DNA of 57,259 bases, counting the filler, from Basidioascus undulatus (taxonomy: Eukaryota): assembly GCA_000826855.1 (NCBI GenBank). It is 3 parts of 3 records of this genome, joined end to end, with 100 filler letters (N's around TTAATTAATTAA, not from the genome) between each part and the next. Parts side by side here need not be neighbours in the genome. Positions count along the whole stretch, not along the records: positions 19,157 to 38,176 come from JTLS01000439.1; positions 38,277 to 57,259 come from JTLS01000440.1; 1 more part is not named here. One strand, 5' to 3'. Below, piece after piece: positions 34,906 to 45,488 of this stretch; the first letter of the stretch is position 1; each line of letters begins with the position of its first letter. A program made the translations under genes and the position numbers. Under the pieces are notes generated by a model that was not told the DNA's origin, ran no database searches, and saw only the letters and a program-made list of their open reading frames with translations.

Positions 34906-35283
34906 TGTTGGCTATTTTTACCCTACCCGATGCATATCATGTATGTCGTCTGGACTGCCTATCATGTGTGACGCAGCAACGCTCGCCAGTGAGCTCTGCG
35001 GGGTGCCTCTGGAAGCCAGTCTTCTGAGCGTCGGATCAGAGCACCAAGCAGTGCCCTGAGTGGAACACTTTCATCGACACCCAATAACAGTGAGTTCATG
35101 TATCACAAACTGCCACCGGTCTTCTCCCCCGCCGCTGCGCCGCCCCTATACTCTTGAGGCTCCAACAACCGCACATCCCAACTGACTTTTCCTACTCTCG
35201 AGCCCTGCGAGCACCAAACCAGATCCCGCGTCCAGTTCACATCCCGCTCCATCATGTCCTGGAAAGTCTGCTCTCCGAAGCAT

Positions 35284-37509
35284 TTAAGCGCCAACGCCCA
35301 CCCCCGACCCCAGATCCACCACCCCCTCGCCACCCCAGCATCCAATGGGACAAGGTCTCCACCCTTCCTGCCCATCGCCTACGACATCCGAAGCTTCCAC
35401 GAGCCGGCGCCAGACGCCGCTCTCGCTGCTGTCTGAGGAGGACGCTGCGTGAGAGGGGAGGGGGGCGGAGGGAGGGGGTGGGCGGACGAGCTGCAACGAG
35501 GAGGGGAGAGGGGTTAGTGTCTCGTGAGAGAATTAAAGGCGAGAAGCAGGACAAGAGGAGAAGGGGATTCGAGGAGAAGGCAAGAGGGAGCAGGCAGGAG
35601 CAGGGGTTGGGAGGAGCAGGAAAGAAGGGGAAGTGCGGAGGGGAAGGAGGGTGTATGGGCGGAGGTAAGGGGAAGGGAGGAGAGGAATGGGATGGAGCGG
35701 GAGGGGAAGGACGAAGAGGGCGAAGGAGAAGAGGAAGAGAGGAAGAGAGAAAGGCGAAGGGAGGAAGGGAGGAAGGGGAAGTTGCGTTTGGGAAGTGGGG
35801 CGTTGGGGATGGGGAATGAGATGGAGTGCGAGGGAATGGGGCGGCAAAGGTAGGAGGAAGGGAGGTGAAAACCGAGGGGAGGTGAAAGTTGGAGGACGAG
35901 AAGCAAGAATAACGTACAGCTGCGTGCACGCTCGCCAGGCGGTCTTCCATCTCCTGCAGCTTCGCTTCAGTGTCGGAGTCGGGATTGGACTGTCGCGAGG
36001 ACAACCGGCGTCCTTGTTTGTGAGCGAACACCACCAACACGAAAAAAAAACGAAGAGGGAAGGGGAGAGGAGATGGACGCACGTTGCCCGCGGGCTGTGA
36101 CGTCCGCGAAAGGACTTGCAGGAGCGGGACGGTGCGGGACGCGAGGGCGGGGGAGGAGGCGGCGAGGGATTGGAGGAGTGCCTGAGCGCTGTATCCCACG
36201 CTGTCAATCTCCCTGCGCCCGCGCGCTCTCCCAAAGACTTTCAAAGAAGAAGCACGCACTGCTCGTTCCCACTCAGCAAACAATTCCTGACCACCCCCTC
36301 CCTCACCTCCTCCTCCACTTCGAATTCGCCGGAGAGGAGGACCGCCATCCACGCGCCGACGGTATCGAGGAAAGCCTTCCCTTCCTCGGAGGGCGTCGAC
36401 CCGCAAAGCAAGTCTGCCCCCTGCGCGAGCAGCTCGGGGGAGAAGGAGTCGAGCTGCGCGTCTAGGCGCGTGAGGAGCGGGGCCCAGATGGAGAGGACGG
36501 TGGGGGGGAGGTTGGGGGAGCGCTTCCTGCGTGCCCGGACGGATGCCATTGTCAGTGACAGGTTCGGAGGGAGGTAAAGGTAAAGAAAGAAAGAAACGGG
36601 AGAGGAGAACGTACTTTTTGGAACGCGGCACTAGCCCTCCCGCCTCCCATAGCGTGCTCACCAGATACTCCACCGCCCTCTTCTCCATCTCCTCCTCCGC
36701 ACCCCCCTCCGTACCAGCCATCCCAACCCCAACGCCCGCAACCCACCTCTCCACCTCCCTCAAACACCTCCCGACCTCAGCCTTCCTCGGGCGTCCCTTA
36801 TCCCGCACCCCCTCTTTCCTGAGCGCCTTATACTCCCGCAGCGTCTCCCGGAGGCGGTCCCACTCCTCCTGGGACGGCCCGGCGGGCGCAGAAGGCGCCA
36901 TGGAGGGAGGGGCGGTAGCGGGGACCCAGTACCGCTGGTCAAGCCAGGCAAGCGCTTCCCGTGCGGCTGAGCGCAAGGAGGGGAGCGTGGGGAGGTCCTC
37001 GTGCGTTGCGGCGTGCCGGAGGGCGACGAAGTGGTGTGGGAGTTGGAGGGACGCCGCGAGTGTCCCGATGGACCGCGCGAAGTGCGAGGTTTGCAGAGGG
37101 TCGACGAGGCCGTTCACGAATCTGCGGACACCCCACTTGGTTCAGCTCTTCTTATTCTCGGTAATAAGGAGAAGAATATAGAGCGGAGAAAGGAAAGAAA
37201 GGGAAAGAGGAAAGAAAGGGGAGGAAAAGGAAGGGAAGGACAGACGCACCTCACCAGTGCCATCCCATACATCAACCTTGCCTCCCCCGCGCTCAGCATG
37301 CCCTCCTCATCGCCCAGCACGCACTCGAGCAGCGCACACGTCGCCTCGACAGCGTGGGGGCACGACCCGCGGTGGAGCCAGGCCTTGATGCGGCGCACGG
37401 CGGCGTGCTGGGCGTCGGGCGAAGGAGGGTAGGAGTAGATCCAGCTGTGTACTTGCGCCAGCTCGAGGGGGGACGTCCAGGGGACGCGGCGGGGCTGGGA
37501 GGGGGGCAT
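35284..37509 (-). CDS. LAS1: Las1 pre-rRNA ITS2 processing endoribonuclease (HEPN)
   Basis: MPPSQPRRVPWTSPLEL...AWLHRGSCPHAVEAT...ARLMYGMALVR|FVNGLVDPLQ...FVALRHAATHEDLP (HEPN RxxxxH)...LAWLDQRYW. C-terminal WRPCPIG motif; TAA at 35284. Confidence 0.93.
35491..35917 (-). repeat. Long homopurine/homopyrimidine low-complexity intron of LAS1
   Basis: GTACGT donor at 35917, CTAAC branch and CAG acceptor at 35491. Interior is largely G/A on the + strand. Confidence 0.75.
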
Positions 37510-37749
37510 GAGGAGGGGGTGAGGGTGAGGGTGAGACTACAAGGAGGATGTGAAGGTGCAGGAGGGAAGCGAAGGGAAGCAGGCAGCGAGAAGACCCAAA
37601 TTTCGGGGCACGTGATTGTGTAGGGGCACCTGACTGTCACATTTGACGTTGAACGTTGACAGCCAGGCGTGCGTCGACCTTGCAATGCACTTGCACTCCC
37701 AAACTACTCTCCTTCGCCCCCCGATCAACACCATCCCCTCACACTCAGC

Positions 37750-38176
37750 ATGTCCTCCGACCGCCCCCTCACGCACCGCGAAAAGCAAGGGCTCTCCTAC
37801 GTCTCGCACGTCCCCGCCTTCCTCCAGCGCTTCAAAGCGCAGACCTCCGCCTCCTCCTCCTCCTCCTCCAACCCCAACGCGCAGTTCGAGCGGTCCGACC
37901 GCCCGCCGCTGCCCACACGGCCGGAGGGGGATGAAGAGGAGGAGGAGGGGGAGGAAGATGAGATTGGGGCGGTATTGAGGGGAGAGCAGGGCGATGAGGG
38001 CCCGCAGATCGTTGTGCTTAGGGAGGAGGGGAAGAGGAGACACCTAAGTAGGGAGGAGGTGGAGGGGGAGCATAGGAGATGTGCGTTGGTGTTCCTTTTT
38101 CTTTACCTTCTTCCAGAAGACAAGCTGACGGCACGGCCCGAACAGTGAAAGGACTCTCTTCCCGCTCCTCCTCCGC
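37750..38176 (+). CDS. DUF4604 (KIAA1143-like) protein, truncated by the gap
   Basis: MSSDRPLTHREKQGLSYVSHVPAFLQRFKAQ...RPPLPTRP, acidic tract, DEGPQIVVLREEGKRRHLSREEVE. Divergent from LAS1 across 240 bp. Confidence 0.78.
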
Positions 38177-38276
38177 NNNNNNNNNNNNNNNNNNNNNNNN
38201 NNNNNNNNNNNNNNNNNNNNTTAATTAATTAANNNNNNNNNNNNNNNNNNNNNNNNNNNNNNNNNNNNNNNNNNNN
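38177..38276. other. Artificial scaffold gap/linker (N44-TTAATTAATTAA-N44)
   Basis: Exactly 100 nt, linker at 38221-38232. Confidence 0.97.
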
Positions 38277-38369
38277 CCTCCCTCTCCCTCCCCCCTCATT
38301 CAATCCGCCCCTCCCCTCCTCCTTCCTTCAAATCCGCCCCGCTTTCCCCTGCAGTTCCGCACCACACCG

Positions 38370-39511
38370 ATGTCCTCCGAACAGACCTCTAAAAATCCTC
38401 GTTTGGGCAGCTTTGTGTCCCGTCTCGCACGCCGTCTCTCTACCAAGGTCCCGGTGCGTACCAATTAGCAGCCTCGTTCCTCCTGAAGCAAAAGTCATGG
38501 CTCAATCATAATTTCTCCAACGCACAGAAAGTCTCTCTTCACGCGGTAGACGAGTCGATCGACTGCACGCATGACACTGCGAAGTCCGACATCCCCCCTG
38601 TCCCGCCGCTCCCTGCTTACGTCCTCGGCGTCGGGTTGGGATTCGGGAGCGACCCGGACCCCTTCGCGGCGCGTGCCCCTCCCGCGCCGCCGATCGCAGT
38701 CCCCGCCCGTCGCTCCTCCCTCATCCTCTCCCCGTCCCTCTCCACCGCCGACGTCTTCGCTTCTGCACCCTCTGCGAACTCGTCGCCCGCGAAGAAGCGG
38801 CCCTTCGACAAGCGGCAGGTCTCGGCGCCGATCCCCGTCGCGCCGGCCTTGCCGCGCACTCCCTCGACGCACACCTTCGTCACGCCTCCCCGCCTGCCGC
38901 GCAGGCCGTCCTCGGAGCTCTCACCGCCGTTGCGCCGCGCGCACACTGCGCACGCGCGCCCCGCTCCGCTGATGGGCTCCCGTGCGCCGACGCGCGAGGC
39001 CCGCTCCGCGCCCGTCTCGCCCCTCGTGGCTGCGCCGGTGACGAAGCGCGACGTCGACGAGCAGTACCTGCAGGACAACCTCTCTGACCTCGACGCCCTC
39101 CGCGGACTGCACGCTGCATGGGGAGCCTCGGACGACCCCTCGGCCTCCTGCGAGTCCGGCAGCACCTACTCCACCTCCATTATCCGCGGCCGCGAGTCAT
39201 CCACGTCCACGACTACGGACGAGGAGGAGGAGGCGTACGCAACCTCGGACGACGAGGATGGCGGCCTGTCCGGCATCTCGCGCCGGTCTATCGCGCGCCA
39301 CAAGGACCTCTACGGCCGCTCGGCAACGTTCACCTCTGGCCCGCCTACCGCGCCGCCGCGGTCACCCCTCCCGTCCGTGCCGGTCACACGCGCCCTCCCG
39401 CCGCCCCGGCCGCTCCGCGTCGCCCACCGCCGCATCGGGTCTGCCCCGGCCGCCGGCGGCGCTGTGGAGCAGCCCATCCGGCCACGCGCGATGGTGTCGT
39501 CAATAGTTTGA
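38370..39511 (+). CDS. Hypothetical Pro/Ser/Arg-rich disordered protein, two exons
   Basis: ATG 38370 gives MSSEQTSKNPRLGSFVSRLARRLSTKVP, then a GTGCGT...CAG intron joins in frame to KVSLHAVDES...DPDPFAAR...RAMVSSIV*. Strong GC3 bias. Confidence 0.7.
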
Positions 39512-39982
39512 GAGTCGGTCGTGCGAGGTGGTGTATGTACGCTAGTCCGGTGCGCTCGGCGGACGCTCGTTGTTGTTGTTTGCTTGTCCATGATCCCCAT
39601 TTCGTCGAGATGTCCAAATGTAGTTGTTTGCAGTTGCTTGTTTATTTGCTCGCGGTCGACCATCTTATGTTGCACTTGTCTTCTTTTTGCATGTGTATCG
39701 CTCGCTTGATTTATGTTGTCGTTCGTTCTTACTTTGCCTTCCAACGCTGACAGTTGACTGATCTTGAAAGATGCTGAATTGTCGCACCATGCGATGAAAT
39801 ATGGATCGACTGGGTCAGGAACCGAACCGTCTGCCGGAGACACCGGAGCGCGGAGCGCTCTCCGACGACCTTTGCCCTCTGTCCCTCATCGCTCTCGACC
39901 CAAGCTCGGCCAGTTATCGCTCACTTCGCTCTTTCCACTCAACCTCGAACAAGTTCAAAACTTCGAACTGCTCTACTTCATC

Positions 39983-40770
39983 ATGTCGCACGTTCCCGAC
40001 GAGATCTGGACGCACATCCTCCAGCTGGCGACGGAAGACGACGCCGAGAGTCCTCCGGTCTCGAACCACGGCTACAAGCACGAGCTGGACCCCGTCCGCA
40101 GCGCTCTGGCCACTAAGCGGGCCGTCGTACTCGTCTGCAAGAAGTGGAACGTTCGTAGCCTTGTTGATGCTCACGGCTCGCAGAGCTCACGTAGTGACGC
40201 TTGCTCAACGACCAGGTTCTCGCGACGCCGCGACCCTCTTGCTCGACGCCGTTCCCAAGATCGACTCCCTACTTCGCCTCCTCATTTAAGGGTGATATCA
40301 ATGGGTTTCAATGCAAATCTATCACCATTCTCGGTACACCGGCGGCGGTCGCCTCTGTGGCTCGGCCTCTGTCTCCTCCTCATGCGGAACCCGGCCGCCC
40401 GCCAGCCGCACTCCCGCATCTTCCTCGGGCTCCCAAGCCAGCTTGTGCACCGGGGCCTCGCGTGGCGGGCGGTTCCCTTCTCGACCGGCCCCCGCTGGCA
40501 GCGCATCGGCAGGCCTTGACGCGAGAAGAAGGGGCTCCTCGGCTGAAGCGGGGTCGGAGGAGTGGGGGAACGCTTCGAAGGCCGTAAGAGTGGGTGCGAG
40601 AGTAGATGGCCTCTCTTGACATGCACAATACTGTCAGATCATAGCAGCGCCAAGGAACGGCGGTGGGGCAGAGGATCAAAAGACCTACCAAACGTCGGGG
40701 CGCTATCCCTGTACTCTTCCTCCAGCTCTATGGCGACCTGCCCAGAAGACATGCTGCGAAGGCCAAGGTA
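39983..40770 (+). pseudogene. F-box-like gene remnant
   Basis: MSHVPDEIWTHILQLAT...ALATKRAVVLVCKKWN|VLATP, then frame loss and a TAA at ~40287; degenerate afterwards. 3' boundary approximate. Confidence 0.68.
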
Positions 40771-42457
40771 ATACCACCACAGTCCGAAAGCTATGCCGAG
40801 AGCGCGCCAACGAGAACTCCAACAATAGCACCTGTACTGGAAGAAGATGCTACACGAGCACAGGTAGTCCCCGTCAGAGAATTCAAGCAAGGAAGAAAGG
40901 AGCCCAGCACCCACAATCGGTTTGGGATGGTGCTGGCAAGGTGGTCGTCTCGACTGGGCCGGTGGTTGTCGGACGTTGGCAGCGTGCCGAGAGCAATCTG
41001 AGAGGCACTTTATTCTGACCTATCCCCGAAAAAGATAGCCTTATGAGCGCACCAAGTTAAAGGGTCCCACCACCACTCACCATTCGCCAGTGGCGTTCGC
41101 GGTTTCATTAGGATACATCCATGGCGCAAAGCGATCGGTGCCGTACTTCTTGGAGACGGGCGCAGGGACGGACTCCCTGTACCAAGCAGATACGTAAACG
41201 GTTCATCCCCCTATCTCAAATGATTAAGACGACATGGCGCACCCTGTGTCGGGCGCAGCACACTCGCCCGTGAAAGCCGCGAAGGTCGTGAACAGGATGA
41301 ATTGAAACTGGTCGGTTTCTAGCAAGCAAGCGACTGTTATGATGATGTGAGAAACCCTCTTCCTCTCTAGTAAATATACTGTCTTCCTCACGGCAGGCTG
41401 GTGTCCGAAAGACGTGCGCGGGGCGACGAGGTGTCAGAGAAGCGGGAACCGTCAAGTGAAGGTCACAAGCAGCAGCGCACATCGCTAGATTCCAGTACAT
41501 ATACGTGCATTCGCAAGGCGCGTTAGTAGTGGAGCCGTTGGCCAGGAACGTTGAGCTGTCACTGTGAGGGAAAGAGTTTGTTCAATCGCTTCGCATCTGA
41601 AGAGATTGGAAAGGAGACTTTACAAGGCGTCGTTGGCGTTGTTCCGGTTTTCATCAGATGATTTCAAAGTAGTAGCGTTCGACAAAGCTGTCAACATACC
41701 CCTTGGTTCGCAAGCTATTTTCACGTCTTGCATCCTCCAACTGGTCGAAGGCGACTTCAAGTCTCCAAGCCATGCAAACATTTCAAAATGGCTAGCGGAC
41801 GTACCACGGATCAACACTTTGCCTTGGCGAGGCCCATTGAGTGATCACGGAGCAGTTGCGAGATGAATCGTAGCCCTGGAGTACCTGGGCGGAAACCTAT
41901 GGGAGGACCAGGCAAACCACGAGGACCGATCGGGAATGCGACAACATCGAGCTGACGATTGAAAAACGATGAAAAGCAGGAGCTTGCGCTGGAGTGTGGA
42001 GGGACTAAGAACGCCTGGTACAGAAACGGATAACACAGGTGCATCAAGGAGAAAGAGAGGCAGCAAGCGAACACGGCGCGTGGGTATAGCGGGCTGCCGT
42101 TGCGGCGGACGCCGCTCGTTCCGTGCCATGCGGTGCAGAAAACGAAGGAGTCACTTGCCCGGAGTCACGCACAGCACAGGCTGCAAAAAGCCAGTTACAA
42201 ACAAATGGTAGTAGACATCAAGTTGGGACACGGTTCGGGCAGAATTGTTCTGTATCTGGTCGGCCACTCCGCTCTTTGCCATGCATGAAATATAACTTTC
42301 TCTCATTTTCATCTTGTCAGCCATGCATGATGAGCGTGATCTCCAACCGTCAGCGTTACGCGCACACCCCATCTGAATCTATCGCCTCCTTGAATACAAG
42401 CCCATCCCGGCATGCAAACACCCCTGTCCTTCCCCAGCCTCCCTCGTAGCTCCCTAT

Positions 42458-44670
42458 TTACGCAGTCCCGTTCTCCTTCACGCCGTCTGCCTGCCCGCCG
42501 CCGGCGTGTTCGAGCCGGCTGTCCAAAATAGTCTGTCTGAGTCTGCGGAACGCCTCATCCGCCTCCTGCTCGAGCCCCAAGATCCCCAGGTCAGCGATGC
42601 AATTGCGAAAGTGAAGAGCTCTGGGGATTCTAAGAGCAGCGAGCGGCCCACGCACCTCGGCAGTGGCGAGCGAAAAGCTCGCGCGGCAGTACGGCGTCGC
42701 ACGCGCGGTAGGGTAGAAAGGCGCGCCGGGGAGGGCAAGCACACCATTCGCGACGGCCTTATCGCGGATGAGCGGGAGCGAGTCGGCGCAGTCGAGCTTG
42801 AGCCAGAGGAACATCCTGATCATCGCCCACGACGACAGTGTCAGCGTAGGCGAAACCAGGGATGACAGACTGAGAAAAAACCCACCCAGCTTGAGGCGTC
42901 ACCCAAGAGGCGACGTCGTGGAGATGCTTCTTGGCAGCCGCCTCGAACGCGTCGCGCTTGCCGCGGTAGAAGCTGCGAAAGCCACAGTGCACTCAGTGCC
43001 TAGACACCCACATTTAGGCAGAGTCCAAGATGAAAGACGTACTCCGCGACCTTCTGGACGTGCTTGAGCAGACCCTCAACGCCCCAGTGCTCGAACAGCG
43101 CCTGCGTGATGGCTTGCGCAGTCGAGTTGGGCTGCAGGTTTGCGTGCGACGTGTGCAGGTCCATCGCGTTGAGAAGCGCCGTCGGGCCAGTTGCAAAGCC
43201 AATGCGGAGTCCGGAGGAAAGAACCTTGGACCTGCGGCGTGAAATGACCACGGTATCAATATGGAGGGGGTTCATGGACAGAAGGAACGTGACGCACATG
43301 GAGTCGAAGCGCAGCACCCGGCCACGCTCACCGCCGATTGAAGCCTCGAGCGCGAAGTACGAAGGCACGCGCTCCGAGGTGTCGAAGGTGAGGAAGTAGT
43401 AAGGGTCCTGCAAAGAGATCGCAACAGTCTCCCCATCAGCTCCGACACCGGCAGGGCTGTGCGGACAGACGCATAATAGCGATCAGAGATTTAGACGTAC
43501 GTCCTCGAGGATGATGAGGTTGTGCTGGCGGGCGAGCTCGAGGATCTCGATCTTGCGCTGCTTGCCCGCGGACGCGCCAGAGGGGTTGTTGCCGGTCGGG
43601 ACCTAGCGCGGATGAACCTGTGGCGATAAGCACAGCGACAATTCCTTCAAGCGACAGGCGCACAGTGTAGACGATCTTCGGGTGAGGCTTGTTGGACGGC
43701 CATGACTGTCGCAATTCAGGGTCAGTGCATGCAAGGTGGCGGTTGATCTGTATTACGCACCTCCAAGATCTCCTTCAAGTGCGAAGACGACATGCCCTGG
43801 TCGTCGACGTTCACCTCTGCACCCTCGTATCCCCCCAAGGCGAGGGAAATCATCAGCCGAAGTTGAGAAAGTCCAGGCCGGCCGGCGGTTCCGCACCAAC
43901 AAATTGGCTCTTCTCCGCCTGGAAGCCGGGAATCGCGCCGGTGTAAACGGGCGACTCAATCAGGACGTAGTCGCCTGGGTTGATGAGAGCCGAGCAGGCC
44001 TGTTATTGAACAGTGCCAGTACGTTTGATGAGCATATCACCTAGTTGGTTATTCGTGTGAGCTGGGCACGCACCTTGGTAAGCAGGTCCTGGCTGCCGTT
44101 CCCCACGCTGATCCTCCACTGGTCGTCGCCCTCCGAGCCGCGCCTGCGCGCGTGAACCTCGTATTGCAGTTCATCCAAGAACGACAGCCTGTCCGCATGT
44201 CCATGGTTAGCACGTCTTCGTGTTACGCCGGCGGCGAGCAGGAAAGAAGACGCACAGCCGGGGCAGACCTGCTGTGGCCGTGTACTGCAGCGCCTCGGAC
44301 AGGTCTTCGGGCGAGGAGATGGAGAGCGTGACGGGCTGATCGCCCGGAACGAGAGGCTTTAGGGTTACCGAGATCGCTGAGAAGGGGAAGGTCTCCGGGC
44401 TAGGAGGCGGGCGTCAGCCAATGCGCAGATCGGAGACCTCCGAATCGGGACGTACTTCGGCTTGCCAGCCAAGAGCGAGATCAGGCCAGGAGTCTGTTAG
44501 AAAAGAGCGCTTGGTGTAAGTTGCGCTTCGATTGTGAGGAGTGTGGTTGAATGGGAGCGCGCCTTCTCGAGCGGAAATAGCGAGCGAATCGCCGACGGTT
44601 GGCGAGCCTTCGCGGCTTCCGAGAGGAAAGGCGCGTAGAACTCGGGCTCGAGCTGCGTCGACTTTGACAT
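42458..44670 (-). CDS. PLP-dependent class I/II aminotransferase (Aro8/2-aminoadipate-kynurenine transaminase-like), multi-exon
   Basis: MSKSTQLEPEFYAPFLSEAAKARQPSAIRSLFPLE, LISLLAGKP, LQY, SVGNGSQDLLTK, ESPVYTG, PTGNNPSG, IILED|DPYYFL, RVLRFDSM|SKVLSSGLRIG (PLP Lys), PQAG|MFLWLKL, RASFS. Confidence 0.93.
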
Positions 44671-45488
44671 GATGATTATTCCGGATGAACAGAATATTTG
44701 GTGAGTGTATGAAGAAACCCCCGAAAGAGCGTGAGCTACAAAGTAAAGAGCAGAGAGACGAGACGAGGCGGGAAGACGGCAAGCCGATTAGCGGTGAGTC
44801 GGGCTCTGACTCGGCACGCACGGCTAGTCGCTGATCAGCTACCGCGTCTTGCCGTAGGTTGTTGCAAGTAACATCAACAATGAGGTCTGTCTGTTTGTGT
44901 TGTGGTTTGTGTTGTGTTGTTGTTCAAGTTGCTGTGCAACGATGTTGCGCTGGGTGTGGTCGTTCTTGAGGCTGTTCAGCCTAAAAGCGCCAAACAAATG
45001 GTCGAGACCACGCTGAAAAAGAGAAAGAAGGAAGAGCCACTCAGTCAAAATTTTCGTAGTGACCGCGCTGGAGGTTTCCCCAGGCAGTCCAATATCAAAA
45101 GATGTGCTCATAACTTTCAGATAACAGCTGGTCAAAGTTGAGAACCTGTCCCCAGCTGCGGACAGCACAGTCACGGAGAACCTCCGTGTTCTGGACGTGG
45201 ATATTTTCACAAAGTCTGCTGCGACAGCTCTCACAAGTACACTGTTTCCAAGTCGGTGGACAAGCACAGTTGGACAGTATACATGTCCACGGGAGTCATG
45301 CCCGACTGCCGACGGTATGAATGACGGCCGCGAAACGACAAAGCGGAACATGGTGGGTTTGCGAATGCGAAAGCGACAATGCCAAAATGTCCCGGGAAGT
45401 AGCCCGGAAAACATGTTGAGGCCATGAATGCGAGACGAGATACGACGAATGTCCCTGAAGAGGTACGCGAAACCGATAACCCGAAAAC

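Noticed and set aside
35252..37117. 621-aa ORF as a single protein
   Set aside because: Only its first part is a LAS1 exon; the rest reads through introns and off-frame exons in stop-poor pyrimidine-rich DNA.
40600..42400. Short ORFs between the F-box remnant and the aminotransferase
   Set aside because: No recognisable domain or consistent splice model; possibly old debris.
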